A stretch of DNA of 64,000 nucleotides from Strigamia acuminata (lineage: Eukaryota). The notes below the pieces were generated by a model. The model searched no databases. It saw only the letters and a program-made list of their open reading frames with translations, and was not told the DNA's origin. Position numbers and translations under genes: made by a program. Numbering within the stretch: the stretch's first letter is position 1; every line of letters begins with the position of its first letter. Location: NCBI GenBank assembly GCA_949358305.1, contig OX442314.1, positions 25,358,001 through 25,422,000 on the forward strand. The letters are read 5' to 3'. Below are positions 36,498 to 51,170 of the stretch, piece after piece.

Positions 36498-39400
36498 TAA
36501 TCTACTTCCGTTACAGCAAAAAAATTTATTACAGTGCATCACTGTTCTTTTGTGTATTGTTAAACACGTATACCGAGATTAGACTGTATTTTAAGTGATT
36601 GTTAAGCCAACGATTTGTATGTGCAGAACCACACACAAACAAAACGTGTTAACTTTCTCCCAATTCATTATTTTTATTAACGAAAAAGCAAAAACTTGTA
36701 TCAATCAAAACAAGCAACAACAAAACTTGTACGAAAAACTTTGGCGGTCACTCTTTATAATTTGCTAAGTAATTAGAGTTGGTTTTTTTTATCAATAATA
36801 GCACATCTTGCTCTAAATTATTTAATTATATAATAATAGTAAAATTAAAATAAAAAATTTCCATTTGAATTTGGATGTTCAACACAATCTCCAAAAACCC
36901 AAACAGTTAAACATTAATTAATTAATTACGCTATTATTTTAACGACTAGCAATAAAAATGTTATTAAGCTGCCACTGTATTAGCATTCCACTGATAAGTA
37001 AGTTTTATCTAAAAGAATTTAAATTCCTGCCTAGAAGAGCCAGAAAAAAGAAAAAAAACGCAGAAGGTTGGAATAAGAGAAGAAGAATGATTTCTTTTTT
37101 GCAGATATTCATGAGGTCCCTCCTATCAGTGTTCTAGTGAAAAGTGTTGTGGTGGTGGGTCTTTTGAAAAGAAATGCCTGGAGGTGTGACAATGGACAAG
37201 AAGATGGCTCGTAAATTGTCTGAGGTGTCCATTGAAAAGGGGAATGGAAACCAGTGACCTCTGAGTTGCAATGCAAGAACTATTGTTAACGTAGCAATTT
37301 ACGAGTCTCTTTTTAGCTTGCAGAGGGGAAAAGAAACTTTTAAAAAGATGTGTTGAAACTCAAAACCACCTAGTCCAACCTTATTTAACTAGAAAATATC
37401 TCAATTATATCTTTTTCTGTGCAGAATAACACCGTAAATTCCATTTTCCATCACTAATAATTAAAAACAAGCGTTTTTAGCAAAAATAAAAAAATTTAAA
37501 AATAAAAAATATATTTTTACAATATATTTTCACTTAATGCATTAGTAACACATTTCTTAATACACTTTAGAAATAACAAGCAAAAATGTATTACAAAATG
37601 CATTCTCTTGAAACCTGTGAAGGGATTGATGTCGGTTTGTTCTTGACTGTGTCTTGAATAATAAATCCAATCTTACAAAAGCAAAGCAAAATCCTACATA
37701 TTATCCAGTAAATTTTTACAGTATTTGGAATCTGTTTTGGTCAATTCCTTTAGTCGTGTTTTACATATTTCCATGACAACAAAGACAAGAATAAGAAATC
37801 TTTCTACAACAATAACAGTTTTCTTTAAAATGGCCATCTCTAATCTTAAATTAATAACTTAGACTAAACCCTGCAGAGTACTTAAGCTAATAAACATAAT
37901 AATAAACATATTCAGAACTGCGATGTCCCGCGGTGTCACCACAGCACTTTTAGCTCTTATATTGCTCTCCCAAAACCCAATGCATTTCAAAATACATTGC
38001 TACCATATAGGTTTAATTGCATTTCCTCGTAAAATCCAAAAAACTAACCTACACAAAGAGACACAAATGAAATAACCTCACACCCATCTACAATGAGTAA
38101 AAAGTTGAATACTGGACCCATAAATTTCTTCCATCAACACTCCTGCAACTATTGTACTTCTAGACAAACCAACACGCACCAATAGCAAGCGTGCAAAACA
38201 AGCTTTTTCTCAATTACAACATTTTCGACACAAAAAGGTGTAAATTTATTACAGCAACACAAATGCTGCTTGTTTGACGCAAAGACCGAAAGAAAAACGC
38301 ACGCGTTACAATACGGAGAGGAAAGGGCACGTGTGTTGGTGCAGTCAAGTGTGCTGCCCACTTGAAGATGTCTCTCTCTTTGGACAACAATGCCAAGGTT
38401 TGACCCCTAAACGGGAGCCTGCTGACCCCTTTTCACTTTTACCCCTTTTGTCGAAGTTTGCAGAAACACTTTTCCCATGCCATTGGCGCATCGATGCAGA
38501 TGGGACGCGTGCAACGCTCATTGTGTGGCGCACGCAACAATAGTTGCACAGTTGCCAGGTGGGAGTGGCTAAAAGGCGGGATACAAAGGGTTGTCATGCC
38601 CCCTCTTAACGAATTGTGGCCGTGTACGACCATTGTCCCCAACCACCAAGTGGTCAGCGTAGGTCAAAGAGCGTCTGGCCTTGTCTTCTCCTTTGACTAC
38701 TTTTTCTCCTGCAGGAATCTCTCTCGCCAGCAGGGTTAACAATGGGCGGACAATCCTGGGCTCTGTGAGTGAAAGGAGTCTCATTAAGACGCGCGAGGGG
38801 CAGGCGTGAGCCACACCTGACTTGACCATTGTCCACTTTCTACTACTGTCGCGCGTCTGACCGATGGTCGGTTTCCGAGTTCAAAGGAGAACAGCGAGTG
38901 TGGAAAAATTGCTTGAATAAATCTTGGAACCCGTAGTTAATCCAATTTGTGTTGTAAAAATAGATTTTTAGAATCCTAACGCCCGGTGTAGATCTTAAAC
39001 GCCGAATTTAAACGTTAAACTCCATTATTTGCACACGAAAACACGAAAGGCTAAAATTGTTTCCTGCGCACAAGTGAATAGTGCCATTACTTGTTATTAT
39101 TTCTAAAAATCGTGCGTTTGTTGCGCTTATAAGTGCGCAGACAGAGATTTTTCATTTCGATTTTGCAATCAACATTTACCGGACATATAGACTGTTAATG
39201 CATCGCAGTGAAGCCCAAAGAGTTTAGCATTGATAAATCAGGGGCAGATTTGTAGCAGCGCTTACTAGTAATTCACAAAGAAAATTGTAAACTGAGCAAA
39301 TTTGACCCCAAACCCCATCGAATATCCAACCCCTTTTACCACATTCCTTGCACCACTTTTCGACCTAAAAAATCTTATCACTCGTGTCACGATTCTCATC

Positions 39401-41651
39401 CATTTGTGAAATGGCACCATCAACGAAAAAGAAAAAAAAAATCCTCTAGTGACAAATGAAAAGAGACGTGCAAAGAACACAGTTTAAAAGGGGAGGAGGT
39501 GGAGAAGGAAAAGCCATGTAATTGTTTCATTGAGAAGAATACAATGTGCGATGCCCCACCTGCCCATTGTGCCCTTATGTCTTCCCTCCCTTCACTGGTC
39601 ATTACCTGACCGCAAAGCTGTAGCTCAGCAATGCACGTGCCATTGGTACCTCCCCCATAAACACGTGTCCACGAGACCCCGTGCCACTCAACACCTTTTA
39701 TCGTCGTCGGGTTACCTGATTAGCCTAAGTAGAGATGCTCCGATAGTGGACCACCCCGCAGATATAATTTTGACACTTCCACATACCAGTCCAACCGAAA
39801 TAAAAAGCCTTTTAGTGTTTAGAGAGCACGACAAACCGTTTTTTTACCTTTAAATTTAATTAAGTAAAGCAATTTTTACATTTCTTTATTAATTCTACCG
39901 TGCTAATGACCGCAATACTTTAAATTTTGTTTTTTTTTAGAATAATTTAATGATTATACGATGAATATTTATGCAAAATAAAATTCGTTTTATGCGCATT
40001 CTATATGCACCAAAAATTCCATTTTTATTTATATCGTAAAATAAATGCAAATGTCGCTATATTTTCCAGAAAAATGGCGATATATGCGTTTATAGCCAAT
40101 TTTGGCACATTAATATTTCTTTATGCGGCCTCAATTAATGACTAATTTTATGTTTTGAGCCGAAGGTGTCGTCAAATGCGTTATAAATAATGCAGGAAGG
40201 GAAATGGATGGCGTTTCGCTTCTAGGAATTAATGATATGTTAGGAGGCATAATCAAATCACTTACTTTGTCTAATGAATCATTTTTGTTTGGTAATTCTG
40301 ATGACTCTGGAGAGTCATAATCATCAATTTTCCCATTTTAGACTTGAACTAATTCATCTACCTAAAAAAAAAAAAAAAAAAAAAAAATGAAAACAAGTTG
40401 ATCACATCACCAGAACATAAATGACATCATTTCTTTTTCTACAAAAGCATTAATTTTTTTTTCCTAAAATTTTCACATTTAAATAAATTCCTATATCTTA
40501 AAAAAAAAATTACAAAACGTTCTTTAAAAAAAAAAACCACAAAATTCCAATTCAAAACTGCAATTATTATGCATAATTACCCCAATAAAAGACTCGAACA
40601 GTGCTATTAATGCAATTTCACCTGTCACACAATTTATTTTACACGAATCCAAACCTGGACTTAAACTGGTTGTGTAACTTGATATTTGCATTCATCAATG
40701 TAGTAGAAATTTGATATAAATGTTGTTTATCAACCAACTCTTTAAAATGCCCAGAACATACGAGATAACATCTCATAAAAAAACATTAAAACCTTGACCA
40801 CGTGCATAATTGGTGTGCACTACACGATGCATCATTTATCCACTGCTACTGCTGCCCAGCGTTTAAATATTAAAAAAAAAAAAATAAATTACATATAAAA
40901 AACACCTATAAGTCTAATCCAAACCCTTTTGATACAATTCGCTTTGAATCACGTACAGACATTGCAAACCAAAGAAAAAAATGACCTACAAAGAGCACTG
41001 GGTAAGTTATGCACTCTTAATGTTCTCAAGGTAAAAAAAAAGTGGACATGAGTGGGATGAGGGCACTAAGAAAACCTTTTGACAAACCCCCCTATCCCAA
41101 AGGTACCAGGTGATCGTTTTCCCTCTCCCTGGACCCCCAGTCACTAATAAAAATCAGATATAAAATATTTTTTTTGGGGATTAATTTTCTCTTATATTTA
41201 ATTCCCCCAATAAAATGGAAGTTTTTCCCAATTATAACCATGTGCGGACAGGTTGTAAATAAATAAATAAAATATTATAGGTGTGTTGTGTTGTGTAATA
41301 AGGCTTCATATGCCAATATTGTGTTGTTGTTGTGTGTATTGGCATTTTTAAGGGGTAAATTTTGTTGAATTAATATTCTTCAAACGCTTGGTGTTTATTT
41401 TTTAACCTTCCATCCTTCAACTTCTGAAAATATAGTGAATAAGTTTTTTCAAAGTCTAGAGCAAGGTCGTTGGGAAAAAAGAAAAAAAAGAAGGAAAATG
41501 CAGTTGAAAAGTTGCCATGTCCGACTTTAATTACAGGAATTATGTGGCAACAACAGTGATACAACCAGAGCAAAATATCCATGTTATTGTAATCTGTGCG
41601 GGCTAAAATCAAACTTAAAGCTATGACTCAATGAGGAAATCTCAAGCATCA

Positions 41652-41691
<40 letters not shown>

Positions 41692-42996
41692 TACACGAAT
41701 AGTTGTGAATAAAATGGCGAAACGTGAGAAATTTGTGTTATTGATGTGTATAAGTGGCTTGTGAATGTCAGTAAATGTATATTTTGTTCATGTAAACATT
41801 GCAGATTAAAGAATTACTGTATGGCAAATATAAGATCGAAAACAAGTTTTTCATTTCATTTATGCCAATCATGTAGGTGCAAAACGCTTAGATAAGTGTC
41901 TGCTAAATGTGGGTCAGTTCCAGTTGATAGCCAAGCTGAAATTAGTTTTTCACTTTTTGACTGACAGTTCATTTTTTTCCCCAAATGAAAATTGCAAGTT
42001 CAATGCAAAAGTTAATTCGGCATTTTAAAAAGAAAAAAATAAATATTTTTTTTTTTTGGTTTTCAACTTTCAAATTCACTTAGAAATTCTAACTTTGTAC
42101 AAATTTTTTAAAATAAAAAAAAAAAAAAAAAAAAAAAGTGGAGAAAAAAAAAATCATACAATGTATAATATTTTAGAATGATACAATCTAATCTAAGTCC
42201 ATAAATAAATTGTATAAAAATTCAAAGTTTGCGAGCAAACGGATGTTGTCTTACCTCAAACTCACCATTTATGAAGGTGACCTCATTCTTACCATTAATT
42301 TTAAAAACAAAACATATATTCAAAAGGAAAACTGGCAAATTATTCCAAGATGAACTCTACCTTCAAATCTATTTCTTTCTTTCTTTCTTTCATTTCTTTT
42401 TATTATTATTATTATTTTTTTTGTTCGTTTCTTCTTCTCATTACCATTTCATTCAAGGTCTTCATCTTCCTGCTTTCCAAATCAAACACGTGGTCATTAC
42501 AGAACAAAAGAAGTCTGTCAGTAGCCATAAATGCGAATTTCCATCAGCACGAGTTTTCGCAAAAGAGTAAAGTAAAAAGTCATGAATGAAATTAGGCAGC
42601 TCGCTACTTACTATGCAGAAAGTGTAGCAAATCCGGTTGAAAGCAACTCACGAAAAATGACAAGCGCAACAAAGCAGAAAATGAAGAGGGTGGGCTCGAG
42701 TCCTTCATATCTTGTCACCTCTGACTAGATGATTCTAGGTAGGAATACAAACGGCAAGACTAAGCTTGTATACACCCCCAGGTATGTGTCTTTTAATGAA
42801 GATATACCTGATTTACGTCCATTTGACGGAACACACGTATTACAGCATTAGTCCAGATAAGATCCCCATCAAACCAGTATTGCACAACATTCTTGCATTT
42901 AAATCTCGAGATTAACGGATAAAACTACGAATATCTGATAGAATACACAAGGAAGACAGTAAAACAAAAAAATTACCCCGGAATTAAACAGCGCTT

Positions 42997-43609
42997 CCCA
43001 TATGGTTCAAAAATATATTTTACAGAATTTCGCGGAATAAGTACGGTATATTATTTGTACATTAAATAATGCATTTCATAATACAACTGTTAAGTTCAAA
43101 TCAGAATGTATATGGGATGGTCGTTCCATGTAGGAACGACCGAAATGAATCACAAGCATGCACGATGATTTCTTTGGTTTCGTTCGGTTGCTACCGATAG
43201 TCACAACCGAGCAAAACAATGATATAGCATTTATTCATGATACATGTTATGATAATCAGTGTTGGGATCGCTAACCAACAAGAATAGCTTCGCTGAAGTT
43301 TCGCTTTTCCCCCAAAATTTACATTTCGCTAATTGTCGCTATCGCTAACTTGTACCATTTAGCTAAAAAATCGCTAATTTTAGCTATTTTATCGCTAACA
43401 TTTCGCTAGTTTTTCGCTAACTATTTAACAATGCGTTGCCATGTGATAATAATTTGTTATTGTGGAAACATAACAACAACTTACAAAATGTATTAGTCTA
43501 ATGTCATTTGCAAACCAATAACATGCAAAAATATATTACAAAATGCATTCTGTATTGCATTTCAAAATACGTTGCAATAGTATTTTAATGTATTTTTGAA
43601 CCACACGGT
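42997..43609. mobile_element. Putative MITE with CCCATATGGTTCAAAAATATA termini (related fragments at ~47925-48040, ~61627-61760, ~37570-37610, ~37975-38010)
   Basis: Left end cccatatggttcaaaaatata versus right-end reverse complement accgtgtggttcaaaaataca. The left-end sequence (ggttcaaaaatatattttaca...aataatgcatttcataa) recurs at 47.9 kb and 61.6 kb. Confidence 0.6.
43257..43428 (+). mobile_element. hAT-like left end with TCGCTAA subterminal repeats
   Basis: Starts CAGTGTTGGG and is followed by about ten TCGCT(AA)/TAGCTA motifs, as in hAT subterminal arrays. No right end seen. Confidence 0.5.
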
Positions 43610-43677
43610 TTCCCAGAAAATAAATTTCCCCAGAATTGTATACAGAATAATCTGCAGAAGTAGTTTCCGCATAAAAT

Positions 43678-43681
<4 letters not shown>

Positions 43682-43729
<48 letters not shown>
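43682..43729. repeat. 48-nt poly(A) tract
   Basis: Pure A run. Confidence 0.9.
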
Positions 43730-43735
<6 letters not shown>

Positions 43736-44934
43736 AATTTATTCAATTTTTATCCATAAATCCTTGTAACTCATTTTGACAATTTGCTAACATGCAAAAT
43801 GATTGACATTTAGCTGGCAATTAACCCCTCTCGCCTAACATTACATGGTGGAAGGTCACAGTCATATGGACCCGCTTCATAAATAAGCATGAGGTCAAAG
43901 GCCACTAGAATGTCTAAAACCTCATGCTAAATTCACAAACTAATGGCTGCAAGCTACACAAAGTTCCTTTTCCGAAAACAAAAAAAAAACTTTCTTTTTC
44001 TCCTCCCAACTCCACAATACTAGTTCACATTTTGTCATCATACTAGGAAAAGACATGGGAGTCACGAGGAAATCCCTTTCCCACGAATGCCATTGACCTG
44101 TGCTCGAAATCAAAATAAAAACACCTCATTTACAATTTAATTAAAAAAGCAAATTACCCAATTTAATTGGTAATTTATATCCTTTCCACAATGTTTTCTG
44201 GTTAATAAACCGTCGTAAAATCACGATAATTACACCGAAAATTTTTCTTCCAGACTCTTTGAACCCAATAACCCAATCAATCATGTCAACCAACAGTTTG
44301 ATTCACACACAATTGCAAATTACAAATCATCATTAACCCAATACAACATTGTGAAACACCAACCTTGATCTTGATAACAATGACCAAGGCCATTAATTAT
44401 TACACACCTTAAAACGAGGCTTGTCTAGCTTTGATAGTAAATGTCTTTTGATTGAAGAGGAAGACGACGACTCTTGTTTCTCAATAATTTTTTTTTTCCT
44501 TTATTGGGTGACTAAGCTTGTTCAAGTGATGTTCAGCAATTAGTGGAAAATTACCTTGAGGGGTAGCACGTGCTTTTTAATTCACCAGATGGGCTAAAGT
44601 TGCTCATCTTGTGAGCTTCTTAGGTAACGACGAGTAAGTGTAATAGGAAATTTCTTCTATGCAGGGTGGAGAAGATTTCCCAACTGATTTATTTAGAAGA
44701 AAAAAAATATTTAAAAAAAAAGAACAAAAGGACGCACGTCCTTAAAAGTACCAGATGTCTTCTGTGGACAGTAAGTGACTTTTAGGAAGAACATCTGCCT
44801 TATAAACCAATTTTAGTGCTTGGTAAATAAAGAACGGTTTATTGGAATTTAATTTGGGTTTTGGATAGAGAGTGATTCTCAAAATATTTAAATTTCTAGT
44901 TTAATGTAAATACCAAATTTTTTACAACCAAAAT

Positions 44935-45390
44935 GGGTATTTTGCATTAAATTTTGGAATTTTGCATTATAATAGGTAATTTTGCATTAAATTTGGTAAT
45001 TTTGCATTATAATAGGTAATTTTGCATTAAATTTGATAATTTTGCATTAAATTTGGTAATTTTGCATTGAATTTGGTAATTTTGCATTAAATTTGGTAAT
45101 TTTGCATTAAATTTGGAAATTTTGCATTAAATTTGGTAATTTTGCATTGAATTTGGTAATTTTGCATTAAATTTGGTAATTTTGCATTGAATTTGGTAAT
45201 TTTGCATTGAAATTGGCAATTTTGCATTGAAATTGACAATTTTGCATTGAAATTGACAATTTTGCATTGAAATTGGCAATTTTGCATTGAAATTGGCAAT
45301 TTTGTATTGAAATTGGCAATTTTGCATTGAAATTGGTAATTTTGCATTTAAAATTGGTAATTCAGCATTAAAAATTTTGTAATTTACATT
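44935..45390. repeat. 20-bp minisatellite (AATTTTGCATTAAATTTGGT)n
   Basis: Over 20 tandem copies with drifting variants. It explains ORFs 45087-45417. Confidence 0.95.
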
Positions 45391-48300
45391 CAAAATTATA
45401 TGATTTGTTCCAAACATGGTAATTTGATCTCAATGACTAACTTACAGTAGTAACTTACATGTACAAGTATTAAATTAAAAAATTTCAGCAGGTACCGGTA
45501 ATTAAATAATTTTGATTACTGGCCAATTCCCAGGACTACTTTGATTATTTCACACACCACAAAACTCAACTGATGCACAATTGAGACGCCAAATTCACAC
45601 ACTGACTCCGCAGTACAACCACCACAATTGAGCCCAGTTTTAACATTGAATTATTAAGACATTCAGATGCCGAGCGGTGTACAGCTGTATATAATTTACA
45701 CATTTTAGACTTTTCAACATCTATTATAATTTAAATTCAGCGTGGTACAAAAGTGAGCTTAATTGCTGTCCCAGAATAAATCACAGTAGCCTGCGTTGAA
45801 TTAATTTATGCTCCAACAACATATTTATATATAGGGCGTGATTCAGCAATAAATCTACCACACACATACATACTCGCGTACCTATACAATTTAGCCAATC
45901 ATAAATTAATTTCGACGCCACAACTAGCTGCCACAAATGCACTGAGCAGACTGGTGTTGATATGCAAATTTACAACTTCCTTTTGCGTTACTCTAGCACT
46001 AACCTTTATTATTCCCATTAAACTCACCAAACTTCATATTCAAATCACACAAGATTATTATATACAAAAAATAGAACCTTCAAGTTGTTTAACGCCTTTC
46101 TTGATAATAATCACATAGGATTCATACGGAATTCACACCCTGTGTTTCAAGGACTCAAAATCCGTCTGACGTGTTATTAGAAGCCATTTGAATTCAAAAT
46201 TAGACTACTGAAAATCAATGTTCAACACCCACTTGTTTACGACCGTTCATTACATCTTTTTTTTTAAAAAAAATTCAAGAATTCGGCGAAACGTGAAAAA
46301 CTTATTTAAAACAATAACATCAATAAATAATCAAACGAAATCAGCAAAAAAACAAAAACAAATTAGTTTTCAAAATATCAAATAAACCGGTTTATTCGGA
46401 TTAAAGATGTCACTCATGATTCCATTTTTTAAATTTTTATTTCTGAACACTTATCTAACAACTGCCCTGCACTTCATGAAAAAATATAAAAATAAAATAA
46501 TACTGACAATTAAAAAAAATCAAAAAAACTCCCATTATTAAATACCAAACCTGCTCTTATTTACGTCCCAATTAAACAGTCATCAATAAAACATAACATT
46601 GCAATCTCGATATAATTTCGCACAACAAGAACCAAAACAAAATTAATCCAACCAAAAAACCAAACCAATTCCCATCAAAATAAATCAGGTCGCACCAAAA
46701 ATCAACACCCAACCTCCTATAGCTCCCAAAAAATATCGACAAACTATTTATTACATCACCAGCCTATTCTCACGTTCTGATTCCATTCCCCCCTTCCGAT
46801 TCAACTCCAAAAACCATTTATGAAATTGCCCTCATTTTTTATACCCGTCAAACCCAAAAACACAAAACAAAATATACAAATTCCCCCTTTCCATTCACCG
46901 CTAATTCTAAAAACCAAAACCCCCTGACCCTCCAACAAAACTTTCTCCCCCCAATGCCACAACTACAACCTCAACTCCCACTTGGACGTTTAATTACAAT
47001 ACAAATAACACGCCATCTGCACACACTATGCAAATAAAACCCACAGCGTTTACCTAATCTTTACCCAACATCCCTATCCCTCGCAGACCTTTTTACACCG
47101 CCACAAGAGCATTGTTTCGCAAACTCCCCGAGTCCCAATTTACACGAGGCACGTGCAACCCTGTGGGAGCTACTGACCCATTTGGTAAATAAAGAGCCGT
47201 CGTTTGAAGAATTGAGGGGGTGACAAATAAAAGCTCGTTAACTTGAGGTTTTAGGCAGCAAGACTTTACAATTAAGCATCGTTAACTGCGGATTTTTAAC
47301 AGGTGTGAAAGCGTGTAGGAGGTCCGGTGTTAAATGGGATAAAAAAAGGTAGAAAAAAAGGTCTTCTGTCTAGTGTCTGGTGTCCACACACACCGGGGGT
47401 TGGTTTTGCGGGCGGTATGAACAATGTAACGTTCGGTTGATGTGCAGTTTACAGCCGGATTAACGTTGCAACGATCCACATACAGCTGGGTGATTTATGA
47501 AGTCTTTTTCTGTGGTTGCAATCGTTCCCCTTTGATGACAGAACTCGTAAAACGCGGAAGTTGTCTACATGACCGTGGGGATGCTTACAAGTGACACCGA
47601 CATCAAAACAGTTGCCAGCCTTCGATTGTCAGTTGGAACACTACGAGGCGTGAAATTACCCTGAAGGATTTGCACTTTAAATTAGCATAAATCCTCCAAT
47701 TAGGACCCTCAGCGCTTATGTATTCCGGCACTTGCTGGATAAGTGGCAATTAGAGACTATATATGTCCGATGTCCAATATTATTACTGCGATATGAGGTC
47801 TACATGTCTTGGTTGAATAATAAAGGAAAGCTTCTTTAAATATCTGCTTGCGATATGCCTGACATGTTTATTTCGACGCGAATAATTTTCACGATAACCT
47901 CATAAATTATTATTATTAAGTTATCGGTCAAAAATATATTTTACAATATTTTGCGGAATTAAATATATTATTGGCCAAAAAAATCTTCACATGCTCTCAC
48001 GCTGCTTCAGCTCCAAATAATGCATTTCATAACACAATTGTTTGTATTTGTTGGAATTGTATTGTATTTTAATGAAATTATCTGCAAGAACAAACAAAAT
48101 CTCCTTTGGCAACATTTAATTTATAATATTGTTGTCGTAAAACTAACCCCTTGTGACAATTGAACATACCATCATGCATTCCACACAAACAATGCAAAAA
48201 AAATAATAAACAACACCTTGCAACTATAAAACATACTAAAGAATTCTTTCTCAAGCTTCTTACTTCTTTTTAAAAGCTGCAACCACATTTTTATAGCCCA

Positions 48301-50353
48301 TATTCTAGACTGCAATAGTGGACATGATTAAGATTAATGACTTTTCAACAGCTTGGGTGGAGTCAGTGGTAAGCTACTAAATATATGTCTTCTATATAGT
48401 CTTCTAACGTCATGAAAATGATGAAGAGCGCAACCAATTTGCCTTAATGGTGCTGGTAATGTGATTGTAAACATTCCCAAGGTCAAATTTCATGTAAAAA
48501 TACATAATTTCACAATTCTAATGCAATTCCATCAATTTAAGTCGAAAATTCAAAACCCGTTTTGCTGCATAATTTTCATCTTTCAACACAAACCAAATCA
48601 ATTTAGAATATAGAACTAGAACTTTCTAGTTTGACCAAATGACTAGGTAATTGCATGTCATAAAAAAATGGTTCAATTTATAATCACAAGTTACATTCTG
48701 TTTTTTTAAAACAAACAAAACAAGAAAAAAGAGAAAGTAAAAAAAAAATTAAACTTTTTCAATTTATCAACCAGTAAAAGCCACATAAAACAACTGGTGA
48801 TGTGTTGGTAACTTGGGAGGTCTTGTGGGTGGAACACCATGCAGCCATGATAAGGATCTGGTATACTGGCAGGTCTGCCACTGAATCCTATTTATCTAGT
48901 TATATCTTTTTAATGTTATTTTTATTGATTTATATTTTATTAACACAATAAAAACTTTGCACTAGCAAATACCACAATTTTTACACCAAATATCCGAAAT
49001 TCCAGGCATTTTAGGCAATTTTTAAACAAAAAAAGGCATCAAATTTCACATTTATGTTAATTTGAACATTGATAAAGCAATGTACAGTAATTTCTACATA
49101 AAAATTCAAGGTATGATACAAGTGCATCACTAAAAAAACCCAAAAAAATGGAATTAATATACAGAACTTAAAATCGTAAATAACATGAAAAAAAATCTGA
49201 AGAACTTGAATACGTGAATGTCCAACGTAATTTCCAGGCATCATTATGTAAACCCTTCATAATTAGCTGATTAATTATAAAAACCATGCAGTGAAAATTG
49301 CATAATTGAATAAAAAAAAAAGAAGAAAAAACTCCCACTTTGAATCTTTATTCATAAATAAAAACCTTCAAGACCCAGAAACAATCAACACACGAAATTA
49401 TTTAGTGTAAATGTTGGCTCATGGATGTGACCAAGAAACCTTTTTCCACAGAAATCCTTGAAGACCATCTTTTCTCCCACACAACACTTTTAATTCCAAA
49501 CAAGGTCTCATTAGCCCCTAAGACATGCTCAATAAATCACTGGATAAGCACACTCTTGTTTTTTACTGGGTCAAAACAGGTCATTTCACCTATAGGAAGA
49601 CTCGGTACAAAACACGGGACACACCTTTCTTAATCTCCAGTAATTACATCAACGTAGAAATTCCACATTAACAATTCAAGCTATTTAAGAAACGCAAAAA
49701 TTCTCTTCTAATATTTAATAACCCTAAAAAAAATATTTAAAAAAAAAATAAATTTTAGTCCATTTTTATTATTTTTATTTTTATTATTTTTATTACTTTG
49801 TTTGCGACCATTAAAACTCCACATTTGGATAATTAAAAAAATATTCGCAACCACAAAAGCTCATTAAAAAGCAGAAATAAATCACAAACTGCGAAAATAA
49901 AAGAAGTGAATGAAAACAAAGGTGGTAAACACTAAACACAGCGTAGGTAATTAATATGCAATCTGTGCGACTCTTCGCCGTTTACGGGTTGCTCCACTTA
50001 CATAATCAAGGACGCGACTATAAAAATTTATCACCCATGATCCCTACAATATGTTTGCCGCCATCATTCTTTTTTTTATTTTTATACTTCAACTTCTGCC
50101 TGCCGCCAACAAATTTCTCACAGTCAACAATACGTGACGTGCTGCGAGTATCAAACAGCTATTGGCCTATCTGGCCTACATTTTCCACCAGCTCATTAAT
50201 GCAAACTTCCTTGCTGCTGTCAATTGATTTATTAACTAACCACCAGCAGAAGATAAGAATAGCAACGTCTAAGGTCAACTTCATTTCACTATAACCCCAA
50301 CACAAAACCAAAAAATTCTACTGAAATTCTACGAGAATCCGACTACGCGTAAC

Positions 50354-50513
50354 GCGATAAAACGAATTTTTCATTATAACGAATACTTAAAAATGGCTGG
50401 TTTGGTAGGATGGGCATAGAACACCATTTTAAATTTTTTTTTTATAACGAACTCTCGTTATAACGAACTGATTTTTTGGGTCCCTTGCGATTCGTTATAA
50501 CGAGGCTCGACTG
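50354..50513 (-). mobile_element. pogo/Tigger-like MITE, copy 3 (reverse orientation, one end degraded)
   Basis: gggtcccttgcgattcgttataacgaggctcgactg|ta is the reverse complement of the left end of copies 1 and 2. Confidence 0.82.
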
Positions 50514-50644
50514 TACAGGTTGTATTCAAGATCGGTTTTATTTATTTATTTATTAAAACTCAAAGAAGTACTTAGGTCAGAAAGAACATATTTGTAAATA
50601 CATTTATATATTTATGTTATTAGTTTATGCAAATATTTAGTACC

Positions 50645-51170
50645 AATTTCTGCAAAAATTGCACATTTTTTGCTTAAATTGCATATTTTTGCCGAAATTG
50701 CACATTTTTTTGCTGAAAATGCATATTTTTGCCGAAATTGCACATTTTTTTGCTGAAAATGCATATTTTTGCCGAAATTGCACATTTTTTTGCTGAAAAT
50801 GCACATTTTTGCTAAAAAAGCACATTTTGTGCTGAAAATGCTCATTTTGTGCTGAAAATGCTCATTTTGTGCTGAACATGCACATTTTTGCTGAAAATGC
50901 ACATTTTTGTTAAAATTGCACATTTTTTGCTAAAAATCATATTTTTTGCTGAAAATGCATATTTTTTTTTACTGAAAATGACATTTTTTGCTGTAAAAGC
51001 ACATTTTTTGCCGAAAAAGCACATTTTGTGCAGAAAATGCACATTTTGTGCTAAAAATGCCCATTTTGTGCTAAAAATGCCCATTTTGTGCTGAAAATGG
51101 ACATATTTTGCTGAAATTGCTCATTTTTTGCTGAAATTGCATATTTTATGCTAAAATTGCACATTTTATT
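50645..51170. repeat. ~20-bp minisatellite (GCTGAAAATGCACATTTTT) with 40-bp dimers
   Basis: GCCGAAATTG recurs at 50691, 50731 and 50771, with degenerate 19-21 bp units elsewhere. Confidence 0.92.

Noticed and set aside
38149..38836. Cluster of overlapping 60-93 aa ORFs
   Set aside because: A by-product of a GC-richer, motif-dense island; no recognisable domain or consistent splice structure.
38928..38951. AACCCGTAG..., resembling miR-100/miR-10
   Set aside because: Only the 5' end matches and no complementary arm is present.
42722..42740. miR-279 seed TGACTAGAT; also partial miR-71 (~44048), miR-2 (~56734) and miR-33 (~61892) look-alikes
   Set aside because: No precursor hairpin and the 3' parts do not match.
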